Assembly (NCBI RefSeq): GCF_001194135.2
Contig: NC_068997.1
Location: 42,456,838 to 42,520,837, forward strand
Direction: 5' to 3'
DNA length: 64,000 nucleotides
DNA from: Octopus bimaculoides
Taxonomy: Eukaryota
Shown here one piece after another: positions 50,030 to 62,450 of this stretch. Every line of letters begins with the position of its first letter. Position 1 is the stretch's first letter. Both the position numbers and the translations under genes were made by a program. The notes below the pieces were generated by a model. That model ran no database searches, was not told the DNA's origin, and saw only the letters and a program-made list of their open reading frames with translations.

Positions 50030-50200
50030 ATTGCGGAGTGGCTGTGTGGTAAGTAGCTTGCTTACCAACCACATGGTTCCAGGTTCAGTCCCACTGCGTG
50101 GCATCTTGAGCAAGTGTCTTCTACTATAGCCTCAGGCCGACCAAAGCCTTGTGAGTGGATTTGGTAGACGGAAACTGAAAGAAAACCCGTCGTGTATGTA
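50030..50200 (+). mobile_element. SINE family B 5' half
   Basis: GCGGAGTGGCTGTGTGGTAAGTAGC...GGTTCAGTCCC...GAAAGAAAACCCGTCG, then (TA)n. Confidence 0.85.
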
Positions 50201-50212
50201 TATATATATATG

Positions 50213-50248
<36 letters not shown>

Positions 50249-51307
50249 CAACTTAATGTGACAATCCCAATAAGGGAATACCCTACTGCTGTTTAGCCCT
50301 AGGAAGCTGGACCGCTTCCTGTCGGCCTTGACACAATTACTGTGTCCTTAAGTTTGTGAAGGGGAGACAAGNNNNNNNNNNNNNNNNNNNNNNNNNNNNN
50401 NNNNNNNNNNNNNNNNNNNNNNNNNNNNNNNNNNNNNNNNNNNNNNNNNNNNNNNNNNNNNNNNNNNNNNNNNNNNNNNNNNNNNNNNNNNNNNNNNNNN
50501 NNNNNNNNNNNNNNNNNNNNNNNNNNNNNNNNNNNNNNNNNNNNNNNNNNNNNNNNNNNNNNNNNNNNNNNNNNNNNNNNNNNNNNNNNNNNNNNNNNNN
50601 NNNNNNNNNNNNNNNNNNNNNNNNNNATACATAGATGGGACAATACAGGACACTACAAACATTTAAGAATTGTCATTTAGTGAGTCTTTTTAGCTTTTTT
50701 TAAAAAAATATACGTTTAAAAATATATATATTTAAAAATTTTTCAACAAAACTTGGAATTTTTCCAATGGTTTACACCTAATTCCAGGGTACACCAGTCT
50801 ACACCTTTGTATTTTTTCAGGAAAGTTTTAAGTAGGGCCGCTCACTCGCAACTTCCTTCCTACTTCCTTCCATCTTTCCTCCTGAAGTAGCTTGCCAATT
50901 CTCTTTATTACGATAATAAAATATCATACATAGATGGGACAATACAGGACACTACAAACATTTAAGAATTGTCATTTAGTGAGTCTTTTTAGCTTTTTTT
51001 TTAAAAAAAAGCTTGCCAGCTAGTTAAAGAAGCCGGTTTCTCCTTCACAAACTTATGTAAATCATAGTGAAGTTCATTCACTGATCAGCAAAATTAGAAA
51101 TATAATATTTCTAAATCTCTCAGAGAGATTTAAGCAGTAGTGGAGCGACAAAGTTGTAGTATATTGTCAATTTAATGTGACAATCCCAATAAGGGAATAC
51201 ACTACTGCTGTTTAGCCCTAAATATATTTCTAATTTTGTTGATCAGTGAATGAACTTCACTATGATTTACATAAGTTTGTGAAGGAGAAACAGGCCTCTC
51301 TATCCAG

Positions 51308-51372
51308 CTGGCGAGCTACTTCAGACTGATGACGAGCAAGGACTCAGAAACATGTCCCTGAATGCTGGCTAG
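51308..51372 (+). ncRNA. Type I hammerhead-ribozyme-like motif (possibly defective)
   Basis: CTGATGA (51326-32); stem II CGAG/CTCA; GAAA (51347-50); palindromic stem III ACATGT; GUC site (C17 = 51356); stem I TTCAG/CTGAA extended by CTGGCGAGC/GCTGGCTAG. Pairs 2.1-1.1 and 10.1-11.1 are A-C mismatches. Confidence 0.55.
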
Positions 51373-51829
51373 GCTGGGTGGGGGAGCTTGTCTCCCCTTC
51401 GCAAACTTANNNNNNNNNNGACAACCGATGCTGGTGTGTTTACGTCCCCGTAACTAGCGGTTCGGCAAAACAGACCGATAGAATAAGTACTAGGCTTACA
51501 AAGAATAAGTCCTGGGGTCGAGTTGCTCGACTAAAGGCGGTGCTCCAGCATGGCCACAGTCAAAAGACTGAAACAAGTAAAAAGAGAAAGAGACAATTTA
51601 TCCATGGTTTGAAGGGTGACATTTATATAACAGTCGAACCTGGACATTTTTCAGGGTCACGTGTAAAACTGCATTAGCATCGTGTGGTAAGGAGTTTGCT
51701 TCCCAACCAAATGGCTCCGGGTTTAGTTCCACTCCATGGCACCTTGGGCAAGTGCCTTCTACTATAGCCCCAGGCCAACTAGAGCCTTGTAGAGTAGATT
51801 TGATAGACGGAAACTGAAAGAAGCCTGTC

Positions 51830-51877
<48 letters not shown>

Positions 51878-52320
51878 NNNNNNNNNNNNNNNNNNNNNNN
51901 NNNNNNNNNNNNNNNNNNNNNNNNNNNNNNNNNNNNNNNNNNNNNNNNNNNNNNNNNNNNNNNNNNNNNNNNNNNNNNNNNNNNNNNNNNNNNNNNNNNN
52001 NNNNNNNNNNNNNNNNNNNNNNNNNNNNNNNNNNNNNNNNNNNNNNNNNNNNNNNNNNNNNNNNNNNNNNNNNNNNNNNNNNNNNNNNNNNNNNNNNNNN
52101 NNNNNNNNNNNNNNNNNNNNNNNNNNNNNNNNNNNNNNNNNNNNNNNNNNNNNNNNNNNNNNNNNNNNNNNNNNNNNNNNNNNNNNNNNNNNNNNNNNNN
52201 NNNNNNNNNNNNNNNNNNNNNNNNNNNNNNNNNNNNNNNNNNNNNNNNNNNNNNNNNNNNNNNNNNNNNNTGAGGGCCAGACACATTGGATGTGAGTGTG
52301 TGCGTGTATGTATGTGTATG

Positions 52321-52368
<48 letters not shown>

Positions 52369-53059
52369 TGTGTAGCCTTGCCGTTGGGAGCTTGGGCTCG
52401 CGATCGTATGCTCGCGGGCTTTATTTTCAGACCAAGTGACGTTTCCTTGAGCAAGTTGCTCTTTTACATTGCTCCTGTCTCCAACTGAAATGAGTATCAC
52501 CAGTAACCGGGGGCTCACTTTGTAACGGACTGGCGTCACCATTCCACAAGGACTTATGTACACTCAGTCGCCTTAGAAACTGGATAAATTCGAGATTACA
52601 CATCTCTAGTTTTTATGGTTAACTTTCACAGTGTGTGTGTGTGTGTGTGTTGTTGTTTTTTATAATGTAAACAAATAAACAACACTCATACATAGGCAGG
52701 CCCACTTCGAGATCTGCTCCTGCATAATCTATAACTTAGTTTATAGACTATAAGATAAAGTCAGATGTATACATAGCATTGTTAATGATTTGCTAGAAAT
52801 AGCAGTCAGATTTTATATCGCACTGAATCACGTAGAAAAAGGATGTCCTAAATACATTACCGCTTAAAAAAGAAAGGGCAAAATTTGATCGAAAAATTGC
52901 CTGGGTCTAATTAATAAGAATCATGTATACAATTTCAAAATGATCAGGTTCATCAGTGTACTTTGCAGCGCACGCACACTTAGATAAATTTTGGCCAGAA
53001 TTGGCCCAGGCTATAACTAACTTAACACCACCTGGAACTGGAAAAGACATTTAATGATG

Positions 53060-53400
53060 CTTCATATTAGCCATTCTTTGGGCACTATATCCCATTCGAG
53101 TAGAGAGTTATTGTTTGCAGAGGTATATCCGGGTGTAGATGGTTTATTTGGAATCTGTTAGAGGTATTTATTATTCGTCCAGAACCCTTTGAATGTTATG
53201 AGTTTTTTTTCTTCTCTTACGTGTCTTGGAATGATGTTAAAGAGAGTAGGGCCAGTTGAGGTGAAGTATTTCTGTAGAAGACTGATGGCACTGGAGTCAA
53301 GCCTTAGGTGAATCTTAAAGTCGATGCCAACACCATTTGGGGAATGCTGATGGGATATTTTCCACATCATACAAATGATACAGAGCTCACATTTAAAAGC
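53060..53400 (-). mobile_element. Degenerate CR1-type LINE 3' fragment
   Basis: CMMWKI...PNGVGIDFKIHLRL...FTSTGPTLFNIIPRHVREEK...FK...QIPNKPSTPGYTSANNNSLLEW: typical CR1 ORF2 C-terminus. Confidence 0.75.
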
Positions 53401-54077
53401 ACACAGTTCGAAAGACAGCTTTGTTTCAATATGCATAAACTGTACAACAAAGAACCACAATGAGTGCGTTAATGTAGTCACCCGACCTACAAGAAATGGT
53501 AGCCAAATTTCCTTCAAAATCACATACAGCTGTTTTAAAGAAAAGTCACACTAGGACCTATACACCCATAAAAATTTAAGATTGTCATAGTTAGCTTAAT
53601 AGTCTTTCATTACAAGGCAGGGTAATCTCAATCGGGGATGGCTTGGGAGCTAAACAAGAACAACTCATCGGAGAAATGCTTGGCCTTGGGTGGTGACGGC
53701 GGGAATGCCTTTGATCCTAGTTCTGCTGGATCAAGGCTGACCGCGGATTGACAGGCCCAGTCTCTATTTCAGACACTCAATAATAGATCAGTATGTTTTT
53801 TTTTTTAAACTGTGTGTAGCAATGTGTCTGAAAATATTTTTTGTTTCTCCTTTCTCTTTACAATCTGTGAAAAAAAAAAAAAAAATCTATGTACTTCTTG
53901 TTTCAAATAAGGGAATTATTTTTCTCCCCCGTCTCTTCTTTGTACATCCACTGAAGTCGATTCTACCATTCACTCTTTCGAGTTCGGTGAGTACCAGTTG
54001 AGCACTGGGGCCGCAGTAATCAACTAGCTCCTCTCCCCCAATTTCAGACGTTGATGCTTGTACTAGGAAGAATTATT

Positions 54078-54229
54078 GATAATTTTTCAGATTAACACCC
54101 GCACGATCTTCACTAGGGTGTTAGGGTTACGGTTAGGGACGGAATTCCCAAACCCTAAAACCCTAACCGTAACCCTAAAACCCTAACACCCTAGTGAAGA
54201 TCGTGCGGGTGTTAATCTGAAAAATTACC
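54078..54229. mobile_element. Palindromic MITE (Merlin-like), subfamily 3, with telomere-like core
   Basis: Same TIR as 5854-5977; TTAGGG units in the left arm, CCCTAA in the right; perfect 8-bp TSD GAATTATT (54070-54077, 54230-54237). Confidence 0.9.
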
Positions 54230-54604
54230 GAATTATTTTATTGGGTTCAGACATTTTTTTGTGTGGACCCTTAAAAACTTTTGGAATCAGTACTCTCAAT
54301 GAAATGGCTGCATGGATATTATTCGTGATCCGCTGCAAATTCTTCATTGCTGAAAACTTGTAACAGGAAAGTTACGGCAGTAGATGACACATTCCCGTGC
54401 GCAGTGTATTTATATGTATGTATATACACTCGTGTGTTCTGATAATTTAGTTTAATGATTTCAAAATAAACAGTGTACACACACCGCACTCATATCCTTC
54501 TCTCACACACTCGTGTATGGATATGGATTTGTGCGCGCATGTATACATATGCATAGCTAATATACACGTATACTAGAAGACAAAGTTTGTACGTATTGTG
54601 TATA

Positions 54605-54656
<52 letters not shown>

Positions 54657-55351
54657 TACGATGGTAGACACACCTTATTGGCATATCTATTCAAGCGTGT
54701 CGTATGCCTACCTTATTTACATATGTAGCTTGTACACACAGTTGTTTACATTTGTAGGTTCATATACATGCGTTTGCCTCTCTATCCATAGATCCACCCA
54801 TCCATCTACACACACATTTGGACGTATATATATATGTGTGTTGCGAATTTTTATTTCACATATCCACTCATTCAACTTGTATCGAATTGTTTACATATTC
54901 GTGTGTGTCTGTGTGTGTGTGTTCTCACACTGGCCTACAACAGTATTCTTGGAAAAAGTATTTTGAGAAACACGACAAGAACCGGAAGTAACCTTTTGCT
55001 AGGTTGGTTGGTTTTATATGGTTAACCTTTCTTTCATTTTGCCTGGTTGGTTAAAGAGGTCAGTCTATCTCACTGTGACACTCTGTCACCACACTAGTTT
55101 CCTTTTCATGGTCTCTTTTACTCTATTTATAGTCACTGAACTGTCACACTTGTGTGATTATCACAGTTTTTGGTTTTTCTTAAAAAAAAAACCACATTTT
55201 GTTTGTCATACTTTCTTTATCATCGCATTTCGCTTGGTTTGTTGGTTTATTTAGTTGTTAGCTCTCACGTAGTGAGCTCTATCGCTGAAGACATTCCAGC
55301 CGTGACCATCTCGTCTATTTTCAGCTTTATCTGTAACTAACTATATTATCC

Positions 55352-55495
55352 AGCAGAGGTAAAGAATACGTACACCACCCGTTTTCGGCGTAACAAAAAC
55401 CCCTAACTCCTAACCTTAACTCCCAACCCTAAACCCTAACCCTAACCCCTAACCTTGACCCTAAGCACCGGGTGTGCGTATTCTTTACTTTCGCC
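55352..55495. mobile_element. MITE (Merlin-like), subfamily 1, with (CCCTAA)n core
   Basis: Same TIR as 4873-4953; ~65 bp of degenerate CCCTAA repeats; perfect 8-bp TSD TATTATCC (55344-55351, 55496-55503). Confidence 0.9.
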
Positions 55496-55522
55496 TATTA
55501 TCCAATGTTTCCTTTCTTTAGC

Positions 55523-56040
55523 GCAAGCATACCTACAGAAGTGTGCGATCTTCGATTTTGTTTTCTCATAACTTTCAGAAAAATGGATATATTTTAATAA
55601 CATTTTCTGTAAATACGCATCATATGGTTTTGATCCGATTATATAGGAATTTAATACGGCAGATAAATAATTGGTGGGGTCGCATAGATATGTACTGACA
55701 CACATCTCATGTACAAAGTGAAACTAGAAATTTCGAAAACAATGATGTGTGGGTATGCGAGCCAATCAATTTATTTTTTCATATCAAATTCCGAAACAAA
55801 CGTAAGCTCCTCACCCTGAAAGATAGAAAAATTAAAAAAATACCCATTTTTATGAAAGTTATGAGGAAACAAAGTCGACTCGTGTAAATTTTCCGAAACC
55901 CCTCTCCTCACTCTCGGAAAAGACTTTTTACAACATTTTACGATATAATCGGAATCTACTCCATCCGAAGCGTATTTGTAGAAAATTTCATTGAAAAATA
56001 TCAATTTTTAAAAAAGTTATGAGGAAACAAAGTCATTGGG
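55523..56040. mobile_element. MITE related to 3225-3775
   Basis: AGCATACCTACAGAAGTGTG start and shared TATGAGGAAACAAAGTC and GTATTTGTAGAAAATTTCA sub-repeats. Confidence 0.65.
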
Positions 56041-56294
56041 GTTTTGGTTTCATGGTGGTGGTGAGATATTTCTACTAGGTGCACCTGGCGGGGGAGGTAC
56101 CCCATACAAGTTCCTAGGCTGATTTGTTGTCTGATGTAATTGGAAGGTTTATCTTTCAAAGCTTTTCTCACTCTCTTGGAGTGGATTTGGGTATCTTTTA
56201 TTTTTATCTGTTACTTGTTTCAGTCATTGGACGGTGACCATGCAGGGGCACTGCCTTGAAGGGTTCTTAGTTGAACAAATCAATCTCAGTTTCA

Positions 56295-56490
56295 TGCGAG
56301 CTGGCAGAAACGTTAGCACGCCGGGCGAAATGCTTAGTGATATTTCGTCTGTCTTTACGTTCTGAGTTCAAATTCTTTTCCTTTCATCCTTTTGGAGTCG
56401 ATAAATTAAGTACCAGTTGCGTACTGGGGTCGATCTAATCGACTGACCTCTTCCCCCAAAATTTTGGGCCTTATGCCTAGAGTAGACAAG
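56295..56490 (+). mobile_element. SINE family A nested in a minus-strand family B copy (56210-56960)
   Basis: The family B sequence is interrupted after GAACAAATCAATCTCAGT and resumes at AAGTCTGGTACTTACTC. Confidence 0.75.
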
Positions 56491-58174
56491 AATACATATT
56501 TTAAAGTCTGGTACTTACTCTCTTGGACTCTTGCCAAAAGTGATGTTACAGGCATGTAAACAAACCAACACCAGTTGTCAAGTGGTGTTAGGGAAGACAA
56601 AGACACAAAGAAACACACACACACCTGCATATATGCATAGATGCACACACATGTATACATACATACATACACACATTTCATCATCATCATTTAACATCCG
56701 TTTTCCATGCTGGCATGGATTGGACATTTTGGCTGGAACTGGTAAGGCCAGGGGCTACACGAAGTTCCACTGTCTGTTCTGGCATGGTTTCAACAGCTAG
56801 ATGCCCATTCTCTCCCTCTCTCCCTCATACACAGAGGCTTCCATACAGTTTCTGTCTAGAAAATTTACTCACAAGGCACTGGAGCTATTGTAGAAGACAC
56901 TTGCCCAAGGTGTCACACACTGGGCGTGAATCTTAGACCATGTGGCTGCAAAACAAGCTTCTTAACCATGCGGCCATGCTGTTGGAAATATTTCATATGT
57001 GATGCTTTTGTTGAATCCTCAGATTATCATGGATTAATCAAATGTTTTTAGAATGAATGTATTTGATGTGTTTACTTTTGCCATCTGTCCACTTGTAAAT
57101 TATTCATAAAGTGGTGGTTGCACCAATATGGATAAATGGGACAGCCCATTAGCCTTGTTGAATGAATGTCTAAATGGATTGTTTAGAGTTGACTGAAAAT
57201 CATCCAAGAAAGATTTATGAAGAAGTAGAGATTTCATCCATTTATAATCTTGAACACCTGGCAGAAACCTAGTGAACACCTAAACATCATTGCCTACCTG
57301 AAGGATTTATGATGGTGGTGAGATTAGTGATGATGATGGTGAGATTAGGGATAAAAGTATAGGAAATGACTTGGGTTAACGCTCATGTTAAATCAAGAAA
57401 CACAATGGGGGGTGAAATTCCAGAAGAGTCATGTTTGGAGAAAAACCTCTTTCTGTGCATGTGTGCGTGTGTGAGGAATCTGTTGGTGAGACCCATTGTA
57501 GCCCAAGGTGTACCCTGATTGAGGCCTTATGATGTTTGAGTAGGCAGCTGAATGACTAAATGTAACCCACAGATCTGTTTCGCCAGTTGTACCATGACAC
57601 CCCAGCCTGGCTGGGGACCAGCCATACTGCATCCTTTGTCTGATGTGCAGTGATGAATTATATTTGGTACATTGTGACTGTCTGAACATGTACTCTCTTC
57701 ACTCTCCTGCCTATTTTTGTTGTATATCTGTTGTCGTTTTGTCTCGAGTTAACGTTGATTGTGTAGATCTCTGATCAAACATTATCCTGCCCTTTTTGAA
57801 GATGGTAGTGTGTGATTTGAGAGATTTGGGTCCTATATGTTGGATGACTAGATTCTGGTAGTGATAACAACACTAGACACAAAGGTGAATTCCATCGAAA
57901 TGCGACCGCTGCTGTTTCTCTTCACTTATATGCACAATTTTGATGGAGTGTATTCACAAATGGATCACATATATTTATTTGGAGTGAATGAGACTGTGGT
58001 ATACTGTCTCTGTGGCTTAATTCTTGATTTTATAAAGAACAGGATAGCATTATCCATAAGTGGACCTAACTTATCTTAACTGTTGTAATATTTACATGAA
58101 TATGGTGTAATTCTACAATATTAGAATACTGGTCATCTACCTTTCACTTATTTCTATATATGTCTGTCTATGTG

Positions 58175-58565
58175 TTGTTGTTGTTGTTGGCACTCCGTCG
58201 CTTACGATGTCGAGGGTTCCAGTTGATCCGATCAACGGAACAGCCTGCTCGTGAAATTAACGTGCAAGTGGCTGAGCACTCCACAGACGCGTATACCCAT
58301 AACGTAGTTCTCGGGGATATTCAGCGTGATACAGTGTGACAAGGCTGACTCTTTGAATTACAGGCACAACAGAAACAGGAAGTAAGAGTGAGAGAAAGTT
58401 GTGGTGAAAGAGTACAGCAGGGTTTGCCACCATCCTCTGCTGGAGCCTTGTGGAGCTTTAGGTGTTTTCGCTCAATAAACACTCACAACGCCCAGTCTGG
58501 GAATCGAAACCACGATCCTATGACCGCGAGTCCGCTACCCTAACCACTGGGCCATTGCGCCTCCT
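58175..58565 (-). mobile_element. SINE family C with TSD
   Basis: 10-bp TSD TGTCTATGTG (58165-58174, 58566-58575); (CAA)n tail. Confidence 0.9.
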
Positions 58566-58603
58566 TGTCTATGTGTATACATACATATATACACACATGC
58601 ATG

Positions 58604-58644
<41 letters not shown>

Positions 58645-58968
58645 ATATATATATATATACATACACACACATACATACATGAATATTAAAATGCTGTGAT
58701 AGTATTTCTAGATTAGTTTGTAAATAAATTTTACATATGAATGAAGAATAATTTGGGTAGGTTTGCTGGTCAGTATCTCTTCTGTAGATTAGCTGAGAAG
58801 TCAGTAATGACTAGTGAAACTGGTTGTGTGAGTAGTTCATCACATTCTAAAGAGAGAGAGAGAGAACCCTCTGTTTAACCACTGGTTCTATTTTAATTAC
58901 ACAGCAGTGCTAAATGGAGGTTTATTGAAATAAACATAGAAACAAATTTATTTACAAGTCATACATAT

Positions 58969-58969
<1 letters not shown>

Positions 58970-59054
<85 letters not shown>
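58970..59054 (+). repeat. (CA)n microsatellite
   Basis: Uninterrupted run of about 85 bp. Confidence 0.95.
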
Positions 59055-59056
<2 letters not shown>

Positions 59057-62000
59057 TTTTAACGTTCACTTTTCCATGCTTGCATGAGTTGGATAGTTTA
59101 TTGAGGAAGATTTTCTTTCTTGGTGCCAAGAAGGAAATGCAGCCTTTTTCCACTTTGTCTCATCTGTTTTTCTGATAAAATCTATCTCAAACTGTTTTGT
59201 CCTGTGTGTTTTTCCTTTGTTAATATAATACAGTATGATTTTAGTCTCCTCTGTTGCTGTTGTTTAACCCCTATCTCATCCCAAATTGAGCTAGGACTAC
59301 TTATGACCATCCCATCTTTTATTCAGACATAGTGTATTTGGTATTTTAAATTGTGAAATGTGTCTTCCCTTTTTCTAAGTAGTAGGATGTTATTTGAAGG
59401 AGATTTGGCTGCTATTTCTAGCAGATACAGAAACTATGCATGAGCTTCCTGGTTGGCTCAGTAATTTTTAGAATTAGCAGTTTATATCCAAAGTAGCAGG
59501 ATATGCCTAAATGGCCCAGTCCACCTGGCTGAAAACAGGTATAGCAGGGTAGAAGGAATATTCGAAGCAGTGTGAGCACTGTCTATTTGACACATAAAAT
59601 GGTTCACTAGTTTGCTGTGCATGAGTTGAGTTCTCAAATTAACTTCAACCCAGAGCTATCCCATCATCCCGAACACATTAACCATCAGCCTGTTACTGGA
59701 ACGTAACCAGCGATGCTATATATTTCCAGTCACACTGCATACTATTTAATTACAACGAAATGTAATTTGTTAGCATTTTTACAGTATTTCATAATTAATC
59801 TTTAATATTTAGCACCCATTTTATATAAATATCCTTGAAACCATGTCAAAGATACAGAATAAAATATTTTCTCAAATTATGAAAATGTATTACTGGTGGT
59901 GCATATGGTGGTTGTGTGAAGTTTAAGATGAACCACTGGTAGTAGATGTGGTGCTCATGTGTTGATTTAGTTTCTGTTGAGTGCAAAATTTGTTTCTAGA
60001 ATAGTATTGTTTAATAGACAGACTAAATTTTCTATTGTTAGTCATCCAGCACAGATATTCAGCTCCAGTTAGGTAGCTTTTTTAACTATGACAAATTCCG
60101 CCATGTATCATCATTTAACATCTGTTTTCCATGCTGGCATGGGTCGGACAGTTTGATTGAAAACTGGTAAGCTGTGGAGCTGCACCTGATTTGGTATGGT
60201 TTCTACACCTGGATGCCCTTCCTAATGCCAACCACTCCAAGGGGGTGCTTTTTATGTGTCACTGGCACAGGTGCCAGTTACAAAATACTGGCATTGGCCA
60301 TGATTACAGTCTCACTTGGCTTCACAGGTCTTCTAATTCCAGCATATGTTGACAGAAATATCGTAACAAAAGGGTTAAAACAGGTTTGTGTGAAAGAACT
60401 AGGGGCAGTTTCAGGCCGGTTGGCTTCAAAAGGGTTAAAACACAAACCTTTATGTGTAAAAATGTAGAGGCATTGTATTTTCTCAGATTTAAAAAGGAAA
60501 CAAAAAAAACCTATTGTTGGGTGCGTAAGTTGCAAGGAATAGCTAAGAACTTTTTATGGATTTAAGTGGTCTTTCTGTTGTTTACTAAGTGTTCTGGTCT
60601 GTTAGATCTCAATAGAACAATGGTGGATTGCCCATAATAATACTTTGACCTGAGGAGTCAGTCAATATAATACTACTGTTAATGATTATCATCATCAGCT
60701 TCATAATAACGTCATTTCCTTCCCATGACACAAACTCCAGCTACTACTATCCCACATTCTGACATTTTTGAATATGATCATTATAATTTGAAAGGATTAG
60801 CAGTGCACTTTGTTGTTCGTTAATGCAAAAGTATATTTCTCTGTAACCACAAAGGACTCTGCCCTTTTTTGTCTTCACTGCATAGGAACATACCTTGTTT
60901 TAAGCTCTGTTTGTCCCAGTTTCATAAATTTATTTAATCTCAAACCTTCTTTTGATGATTTCTGTTGTGATTAACTTCTATATTTAGCTAATATATTCTC
61001 ATAATAACAAAGTAAAAATTGTTATTGTTTAGTCCCAATTCAACCCTGATTGAGCTGATCTCTGATGAAAGGCATTCCATCTATATTTTTTTCAGAGATC
61101 TCTGGGATTATGTTATTTAAAGCATCCTTGTCATTTTTTAATGGTAAGGTGTGATTTGAAGACGATTTGGCTACTATTTTTAGCAGGTTTTGTGACAACA
61201 AGTAGCAAAGAAAGCTAGGACCTGTATGATTGCAACACACAGCTACAGATGGGTAAAGAAATTGAATAATCCTGTTTGATTAATCCTTCACACCAGAGAG
61301 AGAACACTGAAACTTATCTCCCCCCGATCTACTCATCATATCTTCTCTGATGCTCACCTTGTACTTTGAGAGTTTGTTTTGCCTCCACCCTCCACCCTCC
61401 TCACTAATATCTTTATCTTCATTTTATTCCTAGTTATTACTACTCACCCTTATATAAATGTTTGGTAGTTATGGATGTAAAACAAACACTGGGATATGAG
61501 TTAAAGGACACTTGGCTGCTATTTTTAGCAAGTCATGCAGTGTGTTGGTAAAAGTAAGAGAGAAGCAGCAGACTAAATGCTTTACAATATTTATTCTTAC
61601 TCTGTTCTCAGATTTTTGTTTCATTCATGGGTTGGTTCAGTTATCGATGCTAGTATTCCTGTCTCCTCCTTTGTTTTGAGCATCGCCTTGTAATATCCCC
61701 ACAGCTCAGTGACTGGTGTTGGTTTGTTTTTGTATCCATAATTTAGCAGTTCAGCAAAAGAGACCAACAGAATAAGGACCAGAGTTCATAAAATAAATGA
61801 AAGAATGTAAAAGCCAAAATTCTGTCAATGGGTTTGATATTATTCTTTTTATCATTCTTAAAATTGATAAAATAAGTACAATTATTATACTGGAGTTGGT
61901 TCATTCAATCAACTACTATACATCTCCTTTTCAATGATTGAATCTGTAAGGAAGCATATGTTTTGTCTTGAAACTATGGTGGGGGGAGCTGATAGGGTTA

Positions 62001-62204
62001 GTTAGTGCTTGTTTTCAGATCCTGGTGTGTTGAGATTTTGTGCAACAAATCTTTTCCCATGTAAAATGCTAATCTATTTAATGGCAATATTTTCAGAAGA
62101 GCTGATTGGTATTTATTCATTCTTAATACATTCTGGTAGATTTGAATGTAAATATCTGATTGCTGTTGTTTTTCATCGTCAGAGAACATCTCCTCTTTTT
62201 AGAT

Positions 62205-62450
62205 GACACATTCTGCTGGGTTGGCCATGTGATTTGGATGCTGGGAAACCAGCCCCCAAAGGTGATCCTCTTCAGTGAAGTCTAAACTAGAAGTAGCCCT
62301 CATAGACGTCCAAAATTTCATTTTCACAATCATCTCAGGAAATCTCTCATTTTATCTGGTGTCCCTCTGAATCAGTTACAACCCTTGGCTGTTAATCAGA
62401 AGGCATGGAAATCTGCATGTGATGCTGGAGTAAGAGCACTTTGACGCTGA
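62205..62450 (+). mobile_element. Degenerate RTE (BovB-like) LINE 3' fragment
   Basis: FCWVGHVIWMLGNQPPKVILFSEV*...RRPKFHF...LAVNQKAWKSAC matches the LRW.GHV.RM...PK.L..EL...GRP...LA.DR..WR pattern. Confidence 0.7.

Noticed and set aside
57400-57910. VGET motif (GIY-YIG-like) and TGAAGATGG...CCATCGAAA (hammerhead-like), suggesting a Penelope 3' end
   Set aside because: Too degenerate: stems I and III do not pair and the protein similarity is only a few residues.
58790-58830. CTGAGAA-GTCA/TGAC-GAAAC hammerhead-like string
   Set aside because: The core deviates (G8 missing, 4 extra nt before GAAA) and there is no stem I.
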